NCBI GenBank assembly: GCA_963693055.1
Contig: OY843751.1
Span: 1,856,001 to 1,920,000 of the forward strand
Source: a bacterium
GTDB lineage: Bacteria; Zhuqueibacterota; Zhuqueibacteria; Residuimicrobiales; Krinioviventaceae
Length of the DNA stretch: 64,000 nt
Direction: 5' to 3'
Shown here: positions 50,126 to 58,767 of the stretch, in pieces
Numbering within the stretch: position 1 is the first letter of the stretch
How the letters are laid out: the number at the start of each line of letters is the position of its first letter
Notes under the pieces: generated by a model
The model's input: only the letters and a program-made list of their open reading frames with translations
What the model was told of the DNA's origin: nothing
The model's database searches: none
Made by a program: the position numbers and the translations under genes

Positions 50126-50162
50126 AAAAGCCGGTGGCTGTTAAGTTAACCGGCTTTTTTTT
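50126..50162 (+). terminator. Rho-independent terminator
   Basis: AAAAGCCGGT...ACCGGCTTTT followed by a T-tract. Confidence 0.8.
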
Positions 50163-50173
50163 ATTCCCATAGC

Positions 50174-50198
50174 TGTGATGTGATGTGATGTTTTTTTT
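50174..50198 (+). repeat. (TGTGA)3 direct repeat plus T8 upstream of the GntR gene, candidate operator
   Basis: TGTGATGTGATGTGATG read directly from the sequence. Confidence 0.4.
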
Positions 50199-50236
50199 AT
50201 TGCTTTTTTCAAAATTATATTGTATGATAAATCGTT

Positions 50237-51250
50237 ATGAAAAGTATACCCGTATATAAAAGACTATACGAAAATTATAAACAGGCTATTCTTACCCAAC
50301 AATATGCTCCGGGCTCACGGATTGATTCTATAAATGGTATGATGGATCGGCACCGGGTATCCAGAGAGACTGCCAAGTTGGTGTTGAATCTTTTAGCTCA
50401 GGAAAAATTGATTGAAAAGATTGCCGGAAAAGGTTCTTTTGTAGCTGATTTGGGTCCCAGAAAACCGGTTTGGGGTGTGATTGTACCATTCTTGTCAGCC
50501 CAGATTGATGACTTGCTGCTGCATCTTGGTAAATTTGCAAGCAAAGCCGGAAATCGACTTGAATGTTTTGTTGATTATAACAGTTGGCAGGAAGAAATCC
50601 GTTTAACCGGTACACTGATCAACCAGGGATACGAAGCGGTTGTGGTTATCCCTACCTTTGATGAGCGTAAAACTGCTTCGTTTTATCAAAATCTCGTTTC
50701 CGGTGGCACGGTTGTAACATTATTGGACCATACCATGGCGGGTTCTTATTTTACCTATGCAATCCAGAGTTATGATTTGGGAGTAAAGCGTGCAGCGCAA
50801 TATTTGGAGCGTTGTAATGGGAGATTGGCATTTGTTAAAAATGCCATGTGGGCCGGACGTAATATGGTGCAGGAAGTAATGGAAGAGACGTTTAAAACCT
50901 TTAACGGCCATGAAAATACAAAGGTAGTGGATCGGTTTGATATCATTACCACTGAATTTATTGAGAAAAATAATATAAAAGGATTGTTTTGCTGTGATGA
51001 TATAGATGCCGTTCGAATTGTTGGTAGATTAAAAGAGGATGGTTTGAAATTCCCGGATGATATATCAATTGTCAGTTATGGCAATACAGATATGGCAAAA
51101 TATTTTACTCCAAGTATTACTTCGGTTGACTGTCATAATGAGCAGTTGGCTTTAAAAACATCTGAAATAATAATAAACTATCGCAATGGAATTGATGTTT
51201 CTAAAAGTCAGTATGTCATTCAACCAGAGCTTGTAGTACGTGAAACCTGA
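50237..51250 (+). CDS. GntR-HTH / LacI-type sugar-binding domain regulator (AraR-like architecture)
   Basis: PVYKRLYE...VSRET...GKGSFV winged HTH; C-terminal FPDDISIVSYGN...PSITSV...PELVVRET. Confidence 0.88.
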   Translation: MKSIPVYKRLYENYKQAILTQQYAPGSRIDSINGMMDRHRVSRETAKLVLNLLAQEKLIEKIAGKGSFVADLGPRKPVWGVIVPFLSAQIDDLLLHLGKFASKAGNRLECFVDYNSWQEEIRLTGTLINQGYEAVVVIPTFDERKTASFYQNLVSGGTVVTLLDHTMAGSYFTYAIQSYDLGVKRAAQYLERCNGRLAFVKNAMWAGRNMVQEVMEETFKTFNGHENTKVVDRFDIITTEFIEKNNIKGLFCCDDIDAVRIVGRLKEDGLKFPDDISIVSYGNTDMAKYFTPSITSVDCHNEQLALKTSEIIINYRNGIDVSKSQYVIQPELVVRET

Positions 51251-51263
51251 GCAGGTAAAATAT

Positions 51264-52625
51264 ATGAATAGTAAAGATCTTGTAATTAATGCAATACAAC
51301 GAAAACCCATTGAGCGGGTACCCTGGGTGCCTTTTGTGGGCGTGCATGGTGCTGCCTTGTTGGGTACAGATGCAAAAACGTATTTATATTCTCCGGAAAT
51401 GATATTTCAGGGAGCTAAACTTGCAGTTGATAAATATTATGCAGATGGTTTGCCGGTGACTTTTGACTTGCAGATTGAACCAGAATGTCTGGGCTGCGAA
51501 TTGAAATGGAACGATAAAAATCCACCAGCCGTTGTATCTCATCCATTGACGGATGGTGTCAGGCTTGAGGATTTAAAGGTACCGGGGCCTGATAATGGAC
51601 GAATTCCAATTGTTATGGAAGCCGCCCGCAAGATCCGCAAAGCGTTTCCTGATATTGCGCTTTATGGATTGGTTGCGGGTCCATTTACACTGGCCCTGCA
51701 TCTGCTGGGCACAGAAGTGTTTATGAAGATGTATGAATCCCCGGAATATATATATTCTGTTCTTGAATTCTGTTCGCAAGTAACCATGGCTATGACCGAT
51801 TATTATTGTGATGCCGGATGTGATATTATTGCGGTTGTTGATCCCATGACCAGCCAGATTGGTGAGGAGCAATTCAGGCAATTTGTTACAGAACCTGCCA
51901 CTGTTGTATTTGATCATATTCGTTCAAAAGGAAAATATTCATCCTTTTTTGTTTGCGGTCATGCCCAGCATAATATTAAAGCTATGTGTGAATGTGGGCC
52001 AGATAACATTTCTGTTGATGAAAATGTTCCTCTGGATTTTGTACGAGATATTGCCAAAGCTCACAATATCAGTATGGGTGGGAATTTAAAACTGACGGTG
52101 GTCTTGTTGTTTGGAGATCAGGTCGATTCGCAGCAGAATGCTATGCGTTGTATTCAACAGAGTGAGGGAGAAGGATTTATTCTCTCACCAGGTTGTGATT
52201 TGCCCTTTGATACTCCTCCCGAGAATCTGGTTGTTGTAGGTAATCTTGTCCGTGATCCTTATCAACAACAGGTTGTTCTCAGTATGGCTGCCCATACCGA
52301 GGATGACGATCTACCGGATTTGAGTAATTATGGTACAGACGGTCCTGTACAGATTGATATCATAACTCTGGACTCTGAATCTTGTCCGCCTTGTCAATAT
52401 ATGGTTGAAGCTGTGCAGCGCATCATGCCCGAATTTCATGGCAAAGTTGAATGGCGCGAGCACCCCATAAAAGAGCCGGCTGCAGTCAAATTTATGAAAG
52501 CATTGGGAGTAAAAAATATACCCACTATATGTATAGATAGTAAACCAGCTTTTGTATCTATCATTCCCAAACGGGATGAACTTGTGCAGGCAATTCAAAA
52601 TCGTATTGATGAGAAAAAGGTCTAG
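51264..52625 (+). CDS. UroD/MtaA-family methylcobamide methyltransferase-like protein fused to a C-terminal thioredoxin-fold domain
   Basis: RVPWVP, FDLQIE.E.LG, GPFTLA, GGNL, ILSPGCD.P; then LDSESCPPCQYM...GVKNIPTICID. ATG 51264 (alternative GTG 51240). Confidence 0.82.
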   Translation: MNSKDLVINAIQRKPIERVPWVPFVGVHGAALLGTDAKTYLYSPEMIFQGAKLAVDKYYADGLPVTFDLQIEPECLGCELKWNDKNPPAVVSHPLTDGVRLEDLKVPGPDNGRIPIVMEAARKIRKAFPDIALYGLVAGPFTLALHLLGTEVFMKMYESPEYIYSVLEFCSQVTMAMTDYYCDAGCDIIAVVDPMTSQIGEEQFRQFVTEPATVVFDHIRSKGKYSSFFVCGHAQHNIKAMCECGPDNISVDENVPLDFVRDIAKAHNISMGGNLKLTVVLLFGDQVDSQQNAMRCIQQSEGEGFILSPGCDLPFDTPPENLVVVGNLVRDPYQQQVVLSMAAHTEDDDLPDLSNYGTDGPVQIDIITLDSESCPPCQYMVEAVQRIMPEFHGKVEWREHPIKEPAAVKFMKALGVKNIPTICIDSKPAFVSIIPKRDELVQAIQNRIDEKKV

Positions 52626-52632
52626 GTGAATC

Positions 52633-53568
52633 TTGGCAGAGCCAGCTAAAATCCCATTCTTTCTGGTAACCGGATTCCTGGGCAGTGGCAAAACAAGTTT
52701 TTTAAAGCAATTTATTGCCAAATATTCCAAACGTTACCGGATTGCAATCGTGCAGAATGAATTTTCATCAGTTAATATTGATGGAAAAGAATTGCAGCAT
52801 ATCGACAAATCAATCAAGCTTGTTGAGATGAATAACGGTTCTGTTTTTTGTGTTTGCATGATTTCGGATTTCAAACAAGCGTTGCATGATCTTGTTACCC
52901 AAAATGTTTATGATGCAATTGTTGTTGAAGCTACGGGCTTGGCTGATCCGATTGCGGTTACACAGGTTTTTCATGATTCTTTTCTTGCAGAAAATTTGTA
53001 TCTTGCACATATCTGGACGATAGTGGATGCCGAAAATTATTCTAAAATTGAAAAGATAAAAAGTGCGGAACGACAAATCCGTTTAGCAGATACAATTGTA
53101 TTAAACAAAATGGACCGATTTACTAGAGATGTAGAGGCTCTGACTCTAAAAGTGGCCCAAATGAACAAGACTGCAAATCTGGAATTAGCTGAATATAGCA
53201 ATATATCATTACCAGATGATTTATCTTTTATTCTTGCGGTTCCTGTTAAAGAAAAGAAATTGAGTGGTATACCGGCAAAACGACCGGCAGTTGATACCAT
53301 AGTCATTAAAGATGAGAAAAGTATTACCCAACAGCAATTTGAAATGTTTATCAAAGAGATTGTAGGGGATATATATCGCTTGAAAGGCTTTTTGAATATG
53401 GATGGAAATACTTTTCTTGTTCAAAAAACATTTGGACATATTGAATATAATAAATTACATTACAATAATAATACAGAACTGATCATAATTGGTACGGATC
53501 TGGTTAATAAACAGGTACAGCAATTATGGGTAATGTTCCACTCTGATATTAAAACAATAAAAAAATAA
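52633..53568 (+). CDS. CobW/COG0523 family G3E GTPase metallochaperone
   Basis: GFLGSGKT, QNEF, NGSVFCVC, VEATGLADP, LNKMD, YRLKG. Confidence 0.88.
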   Translation: MAEPAKIPFFLVTGFLGSGKTSFLKQFIAKYSKRYRIAIVQNEFSSVNIDGKELQHIDKSIKLVEMNNGSVFCVCMISDFKQALHDLVTQNVYDAIVVEATGLADPIAVTQVFHDSFLAENLYLAHIWTIVDAENYSKIEKIKSAERQIRLADTIVLNKMDRFTRDVEALTLKVAQMNKTANLELAEYSNISLPDDLSFILAVPVKEKKLSGIPAKRPAVDTIVIKDEKSITQQQFEMFIKEIVGDIYRLKGFLNMDGNTFLVQKTFGHIEYNKLHYNNNTELIIIGTDLVNKQVQQLWVMFHSDIKTIKK

Positions 53569-53586
53569 ATTCAACTAGAGGTCGAC

Positions 53587-54252
53587 ATGAGTGAAATGAT
53601 TGAAATTTTGGCAACTTGTATTGAACGTGGTAAAGTAGACAAAAACTCTCCATTTCCTCCGGATTTAAAAGATCAGGATGGTGCGGATGAATACGCAAAA
53701 AAAGCAGTAGATGATGGATTGGCACCAGATGATATATTAAAGGCTTGTATGATTGGTATGCAGCGAATTGGTGAAAAATTCAGCAAAAACCAGGCTTTTG
53801 TGCCTGAATTGTTAATGTCTGCCAAAGCGATGAATGCTGTCATGGTACATTTGCGCCCGTTTTTTCAAAGCGGCAGTGTAAAACATAAAGGTACTTTTAT
53901 TGTAGGTACGGTTACCGGAGATTTGCATGATATTGGCAAGAATCTGGTCGCCATGGTTATTGAAGGCAATGGCTGGCAGGTTATAGATTTGGGTGTAGAT
54001 GTTTCTGCAGATAAATTTGTAAATGCTGTTAAAGAACATCCCAATTGCGTGGTGGGACTGAGCGCCTTGCTTACAACAACCATGGTGAATATGGAAAACA
54101 TTATTCAGGCTGTAAAAAATGAAAATCCGGATGTTCCGGTAATTGTTGGCGGAGCGCCATTGTCTCAGGATTTTGCAAATAAAATCAATGCCGATGGTTA
54201 TGCTACTGACCCCCATAATGCTGTTCAATTAATTTCCAAGTATGCTGCCTGA
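53587..54252 (+). CDS. Corrinoid (B12-binding) methyltransferase partner protein
   Basis: Cap domain (GMQRIGEKF...FVPELLMSA) plus GTVTGDLHDIGKNLV (DxHxxG), SALLTTT, VGGAP. Confidence 0.93.
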   Translation: MSEMIEILATCIERGKVDKNSPFPPDLKDQDGADEYAKKAVDDGLAPDDILKACMIGMQRIGEKFSKNQAFVPELLMSAKAMNAVMVHLRPFFQSGSVKHKGTFIVGTVTGDLHDIGKNLVAMVIEGNGWQVIDLGVDVSADKFVNAVKEHPNCVVGLSALLTTTMVNMENIIQAVKNENPDVPVIVGGAPLSQDFANKINADGYATDPHNAVQLISKYAA

Positions 54253-54265
54253 TTTCATCCCTTTT

Positions 54266-54293
54266 GCCCCTGTCAAAAACAGGGGCTTTTTTT
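54266..54293 (+). terminator. Rho-independent terminator closing the corrinoid operon
   Basis: GCCCCTGT-CAAAA-ACAGGGGC followed by T7. Confidence 0.85.
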
Positions 54294-54416
54294 CCGTTAA
54301 TATTGACAATTAAATAAAAAATATTGGAATTCACTGCTGAAATGTTAAATTTCAATATTGAATTCGTATTCAAAGCGTTTTTTGAATAGTACCCATTCAC
54401 TGTCAGGAGGAGCAGG

Positions 54417-56672
54417 ATGATCAAATCCATTTTTCGTATTAATCTAGTATTGCTGTTGTTTTTTTCCGTTTCATTTTCACAAAATATTTTTGATAAATTT
54501 GTGACATCTGAAAAACCTTCTACCCCGGTAGACTATGTTGATCCTTACATTGGCGGCATCAGCCATACATTGCAGCCTACCCGTCCTACAGTGCATTTGC
54601 CGCTGTCAATGGTGAGGTTGCTTCCCAATTTTTCTTCACAGATTCCGGATATTTATCTTGCTTCACGAATTGAAAGTTTTTCAATAAACATTCCATCTCA
54701 TCGTGAGCCCTATGTATCAAGTATTATGGCGTTGACTGGTGATTCAAAGGTAAATGAATATACCGGTTCCAAATTCGATCATGACTTTGAAAAAGTAACG
54801 CCTTATTTATATTCAGTTCTCCTGGAAGATGAAAATATCATTGCTGAATATACTCCCGCTCATAAGGCGCAAATGTTTCGCTTTCAGGCATTAGATGATC
54901 AACCTGTATCTGTTTTGCTTACTTTTAAAACCAATGCGCAGATCAAGATTTTGGACGATAAAACCCTTACAGGTTATGAATCTTTTAAAGATATGAAACA
55001 ATATTTCTATATGCAATTTGATCAACCTATGGATCTGCAATTCAGTAACGCGCAGGCCAAAGATGATCAATATGCCGGTGATGAAATTCAGATCCAATGT
55101 GTATTTAAAAATCCAAAATCCAACACGGTTCTTGTAAGAACGGGTATCTCTTATATCGATGATGATCAAGCGAAAGAGAATCTTGTTAAAGAGATTAACC
55201 ACTGGGATTTTGATCGTCTGGTTTCAGATGCCAAAGCCGAATGGAATAAAACATTGGGGAAAATATCTATAACCGGTGGTACAGAGGACCAAAAGGTTGT
55301 ATTTTACACTTCTCTTTATCGTTGTATGGAACGCATGGTTAACATAAACGAGTATGGTCGGTATTACAGTGGTTTTGATGACAAGGTCCACAAAGATGAT
55401 CGTGCTTTTTATGTAGATGATTGGGTTTGGGATACCTATCGTTCCCTCCATCCATTACGTCTTTTAATTATGCCGGATGTGGAACAGGATATGGTTCAGT
55501 CATATGTTACCATGTATGAACAAAGCGGCTGGGTACCCAGCTTTCCCAAGGTGTATGGAGATTATGGCGCAATGATTGGTCATCATCAGGCAGCGTTGAT
55601 TACCGATACCTATTTTAAAGGGTTCCGTAATTTTGATGTAAAAACTGCCTATGAAGGATTGAAAAAGAATGCAATGGAAGGGACCATGATCCCCTGGCGT
55701 GAAGGACCAGCAACTGTTCTAGATGATCATTACAGAAGTCATGGGTATTTCCCTGCTGTTGGTTCCGATGAAGAAGAAACCATTCCCGAAGTTCACAGTT
55801 TTGAACGCCGTCAGGCTGTTGCTGTAACTCTGGAACATGCGCATGATGATTGGTGTCTTTCCAATCTTGCTAAAGAATTGAACAAGGATGATGATTATAA
55901 AATGTTCCAGAAACGTGGACAAAATTATCGCAACCTGTTTAATCCTGAAATTGGATTTATGGCTCCAAAGGACATTAATGGTAACTGGATTCAGCCTTTT
56001 GATCCTAAAATGTCTGGTGGAATTGGCGGTCGTCTGTTTTATGCCGAGATGAACAGCTATACCTATACCTGGTATGTACCACAGGATATTGAAGGCTTGA
56101 CCGAATTGTTGGGCGGTAAAGATGCATTTGTAAACAAGCTCGATGCCATGTTTGAAGAAGGCTTTGGTCGTATCAAATGGCGCCACTTTGCACAGTTCCC
56201 CGATGCTACCGGTATGGTTGGTCAGTTTTCTATGGGTAATGAACAAAGCTTTCATATTCCTTATCTTTATTCCGCACAAGGTGTTGCCTGGAAATCTCAG
56301 AAACGTATTCGTCAATTGATGGACCAATGGTTTCGTAATGATTTAATGGGTGTCAGCGGTGATGAAGATGGTGGTGGTTTATCTTCATTTTATGTGTTCA
56401 GTGCATTGGGCTTTTACCCGGTATGCGCCGGCAACCCGGTTTATTATATTGGTACCCCATTGTTTAAAACTGCTACTCTGGATATGGGTAACGGTAAAAA
56501 GCTGGAACTGGTTGCTAATAATGTTTCTGACCAGAATAAATATATCCAGTCTATGAAACTCAATGGCAAAACATGGAATAAAGCCTGGTTTAGACAAAAA
56601 GATATTCAAGATGGTGGCAAGATCGTCTTTGAAATGGGTCCCCGTCCCAATAAAAATTGGGGAACCAATTAA
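54417..56672 (+). CDS. GH92 family glycoside hydrolase (alpha-mannosidase-like)
   Basis: YVDPYIG, FYTSLYR, WDTYRSLHP, YAEMN, MGNE, GDEDGG, GFYPV. Confidence 0.92.
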   Translation: MIKSIFRINLVLLLFFSVSFSQNIFDKFVTSEKPSTPVDYVDPYIGGISHTLQPTRPTVHLPLSMVRLLPNFSSQIPDIYLASRIESFSINIPSHREPYVSSIMALTGDSKVNEYTGSKFDHDFEKVTPYLYSVLLEDENIIAEYTPAHKAQMFRFQALDDQPVSVLLTFKTNAQIKILDDKTLTGYESFKDMKQYFYMQFDQPMDLQFSNAQAKDDQYAGDEIQIQCVFKNPKSNTVLVRTGISYIDDDQAKENLVKEINHWDFDRLVSDAKAEWNKTLGKISITGGTEDQKVVFYTSLYRCMERMVNINEYGRYYSGFDDKVHKDDRAFYVDDWVWDTYRSLHPLRLLIMPDVEQDMVQSYVTMYEQSGWVPSFPKVYGDYGAMIGHHQAALITDTYFKGFRNFDVKTAYEGLKKNAMEGTMIPWREGPATVLDDHYRSHGYFPAVGSDEEETIPEVHSFERRQAVAVTLEHAHDDWCLSNLAKELNKDDDYKMFQKRGQNYRNLFNPEIGFMAPKDINGNWIQPFDPKMSGGIGGRLFYAEMNSYTYTWYVPQDIEGLTELLGGKDAFVNKLDAMFEEGFGRIKWRHFAQFPDATGMVGQFSMGNEQSFHIPYLYSAQGVAWKSQKRIRQLMDQWFRNDLMGVSGDEDGGGLSSFYVFSALGFYPVCAGNPVYYIGTPLFKTATLDMGNGKKLELVANNVSDQNKYIQSMKLNGKTWNKAWFRQKDIQDGGKIVFEMGPRPNKNWGTN

Positions 56673-56677
56673 AATTT

Positions 56678-56712
56678 ATAATCCGCTCTCTGCAATGGAG
56701 GGCGGATTATTT
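56678..56712 (+). terminator. Rho-independent terminator
   Basis: ATAATCCGCTCTC...GAGGGCGGATTAT followed by TT. Confidence 0.7.
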
Positions 56713-56768
56713 GCTGTTTTGTAGTACAATACATTTCACCCTTTACTTGCTTGTTGCAAGAGTTTGTT

Positions 56769-58628
56769 ATGAAAAAAATAATAATTTTATTGCCTTTTCT
56801 CCTGTTATCCTGTCATAAACCTGTTGAAACAATAAATTTCAAATCCGCTTGTATTGAAACGTTGACAGTTTTTACTGACACTTTATTTGATTTACAAATT
56901 AAAAACCCAAATAGTCCTGATTATGGTGCAATACAGTGCCATGCTTGTGATGTACTGCATACCCGAGCTGCAGAAGCTGTATTCCCCTTTATTGTGCGTT
57001 TCCAGGAAACCGGAGATGAAAAATGGCTCAAAGCGGCAACACGATTGGGGAATTGGCTTATTCAACAGCAGCAACCTGATGGCTCGTGGAAAGAAACACC
57101 CGAGGAATGGACCGGTACCACAACCGATCAATTGTTAATGCTGCTAAAAGCATGGCCCGTTTTAAAAACGAATTTAAATCCTAATGAAATAACTGCCTGG
57201 CAACAGTCAATGAAAAACGCCGCAGATTTTTTGGTTAAGGAGATGAGTCCTGATTTTGCCAGTATAAACTATTGCGCAACAACAACAGCAACACTGGCAT
57301 TGATGAATGAACATTTTCCTGATGTACGTTATGTTGAACAAGCCAGACAATTGGCTTTTCAGGTTTTGTCTAAGATGAATGATGATGGATTTATATGTGC
57401 AGAGGGTGATAGGGTTTATGGTGCAAAATATGGAGCGGATGTTGGATATGAAATAGACATGTCTTTGTGGGGACTGGGCATGTATGCACAAATTACAGGT
57501 GATACCCTCACAGAACGTTATGTTACAGAATCTTTAAAAAAACATCTTGCTTTTGTATATCCCAATGGGGCCATTGATGGGTCCTGGGGCATCAGATCGA
57601 ACAAATGGACAACCTATGGCAGTGAAACAGCAGATGGCTGCCAGATTTTGTTTGCAATGTTTGCAGACAAGGACCCACGTTATATAAGAGCGGCTTTTCT
57701 CAATTTGCAATATTTGAATGGAATGATTCACAACGGACTGTTAGGATACGGTCCCCAGTATTTTGAATTGTTCGACAAACCCCCATGCATTTATCCTACT
57801 TTTGTTAGATCCAAAAACTTGGCAATGGCCGCCAGCATGAATATCAATGATGTAGATATTTCCAACAGACTTTATTCTGAACAACCCGGCTTTTTTAAAT
57901 TTTATCCGTCTGTTGATGTGACTTTGGTGCGTACAAAAGAATTTATGGCTACTGTCACTGCCTATGGATACGAGGAATTAAAAAAGCGTAATAAAAGCAA
58001 ATACATGCATCGGCCAACAGGGGGATCGATATCAAATCTTTGGCTTAAAGACCATGGATTCTTGCAATTGTCAAGCCAGACAGAATATCATCGCTGGGAG
58101 CCAATGCATTTCCCTGAAATTGGTGATGTGCTGCCTTTGACATCCCGAATTGAATTTGAGAATGAAAATGGATATTTTACCAATTTATATGAATATGATG
58201 CCAGAATGGATGTTGCTGACAATGGCAAAAGTGTTACTGTGGCAGGTGAATTAAAAAATAATATGTTGTTGCAGGGTGGCGTTGCCTACAAATGGCAATA
58301 TTCATTTTCTGATAATGCAATTGTTAAAAATGTACGTCTACGATACCATGATGGAACAAGAAATGTGAAAATTGTAGAACCGATTATTATGATCAAAGAT
58401 CTGAACATTGAGCAGATTGATGAAAAAACAGTGAATATTAACGGACCCTATAAAACTATACAATTTAAAGTACTTGATGGATCTGTAACTTTGAAAAGTG
58501 GTATTGATAAAGAAAAATATTGGGCTGCTTTTCCATCTGTAAAGGCTTTTCCATTGGTGTTAGATGTAAATTGTCCCAATGATTCATTCAAACAGTCTGT
58601 ACGTTACAAGTTTCAGGTTTTGAATTAA
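56769..58628 (+). CDS. Hypothetical lipoprotein, probable alpha/alpha toroid plus beta-sandwich
   Basis: Lipobox LLLSC; helical repeats (TGDEKWLKAA..LGNWL..QQ.DGSW); beta-rich C-terminus. ATG 56769. Confidence 0.6.
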   Translation: MKKIIILLPFLLLSCHKPVETINFKSACIETLTVFTDTLFDLQIKNPNSPDYGAIQCHACDVLHTRAAEAVFPFIVRFQETGDEKWLKAATRLGNWLIQQQQPDGSWKETPEEWTGTTTDQLLMLLKAWPVLKTNLNPNEITAWQQSMKNAADFLVKEMSPDFASINYCATTTATLALMNEHFPDVRYVEQARQLAFQVLSKMNDDGFICAEGDRVYGAKYGADVGYEIDMSLWGLGMYAQITGDTLTERYVTESLKKHLAFVYPNGAIDGSWGIRSNKWTTYGSETADGCQILFAMFADKDPRYIRAAFLNLQYLNGMIHNGLLGYGPQYFELFDKPPCIYPTFVRSKNLAMAASMNINDVDISNRLYSEQPGFFKFYPSVDVTLVRTKEFMATVTAYGYEELKKRNKSKYMHRPTGGSISNLWLKDHGFLQLSSQTEYHRWEPMHFPEIGDVLPLTSRIEFENENGYFTNLYEYDARMDVADNGKSVTVAGELKNNMLLQGGVAYKWQYSFSDNAIVKNVRLRYHDGTRNVKIVEPIIMIKDLNIEQIDEKTVNINGPYKTIQFKVLDGSVTLKSGIDKEKYWAAFPSVKAFPLVLDVNCPNDSFKQSVRYKFQVLN

Positions 58629-58767
58629 CATGTTATTTTGCAATAACGTAAAAAAAGGTTTTTAGTATTCAGGTACAATTGTTTACTTGATAGAACTGTG
58701 ATTTTTTGTAAATTTATCAAGTTGAATTGTTATTCAAAATTGAATGCTGTCGTAAATGAGGATAATT

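Noticed and set aside
54294-54416. Nested AT-rich palindromes and a LacI-like AAAGCGTTTT core upstream of GH92
   Set aside because: Stems are almost all A-T, and the operator lacks the TG...CA flanks; support is insufficient.
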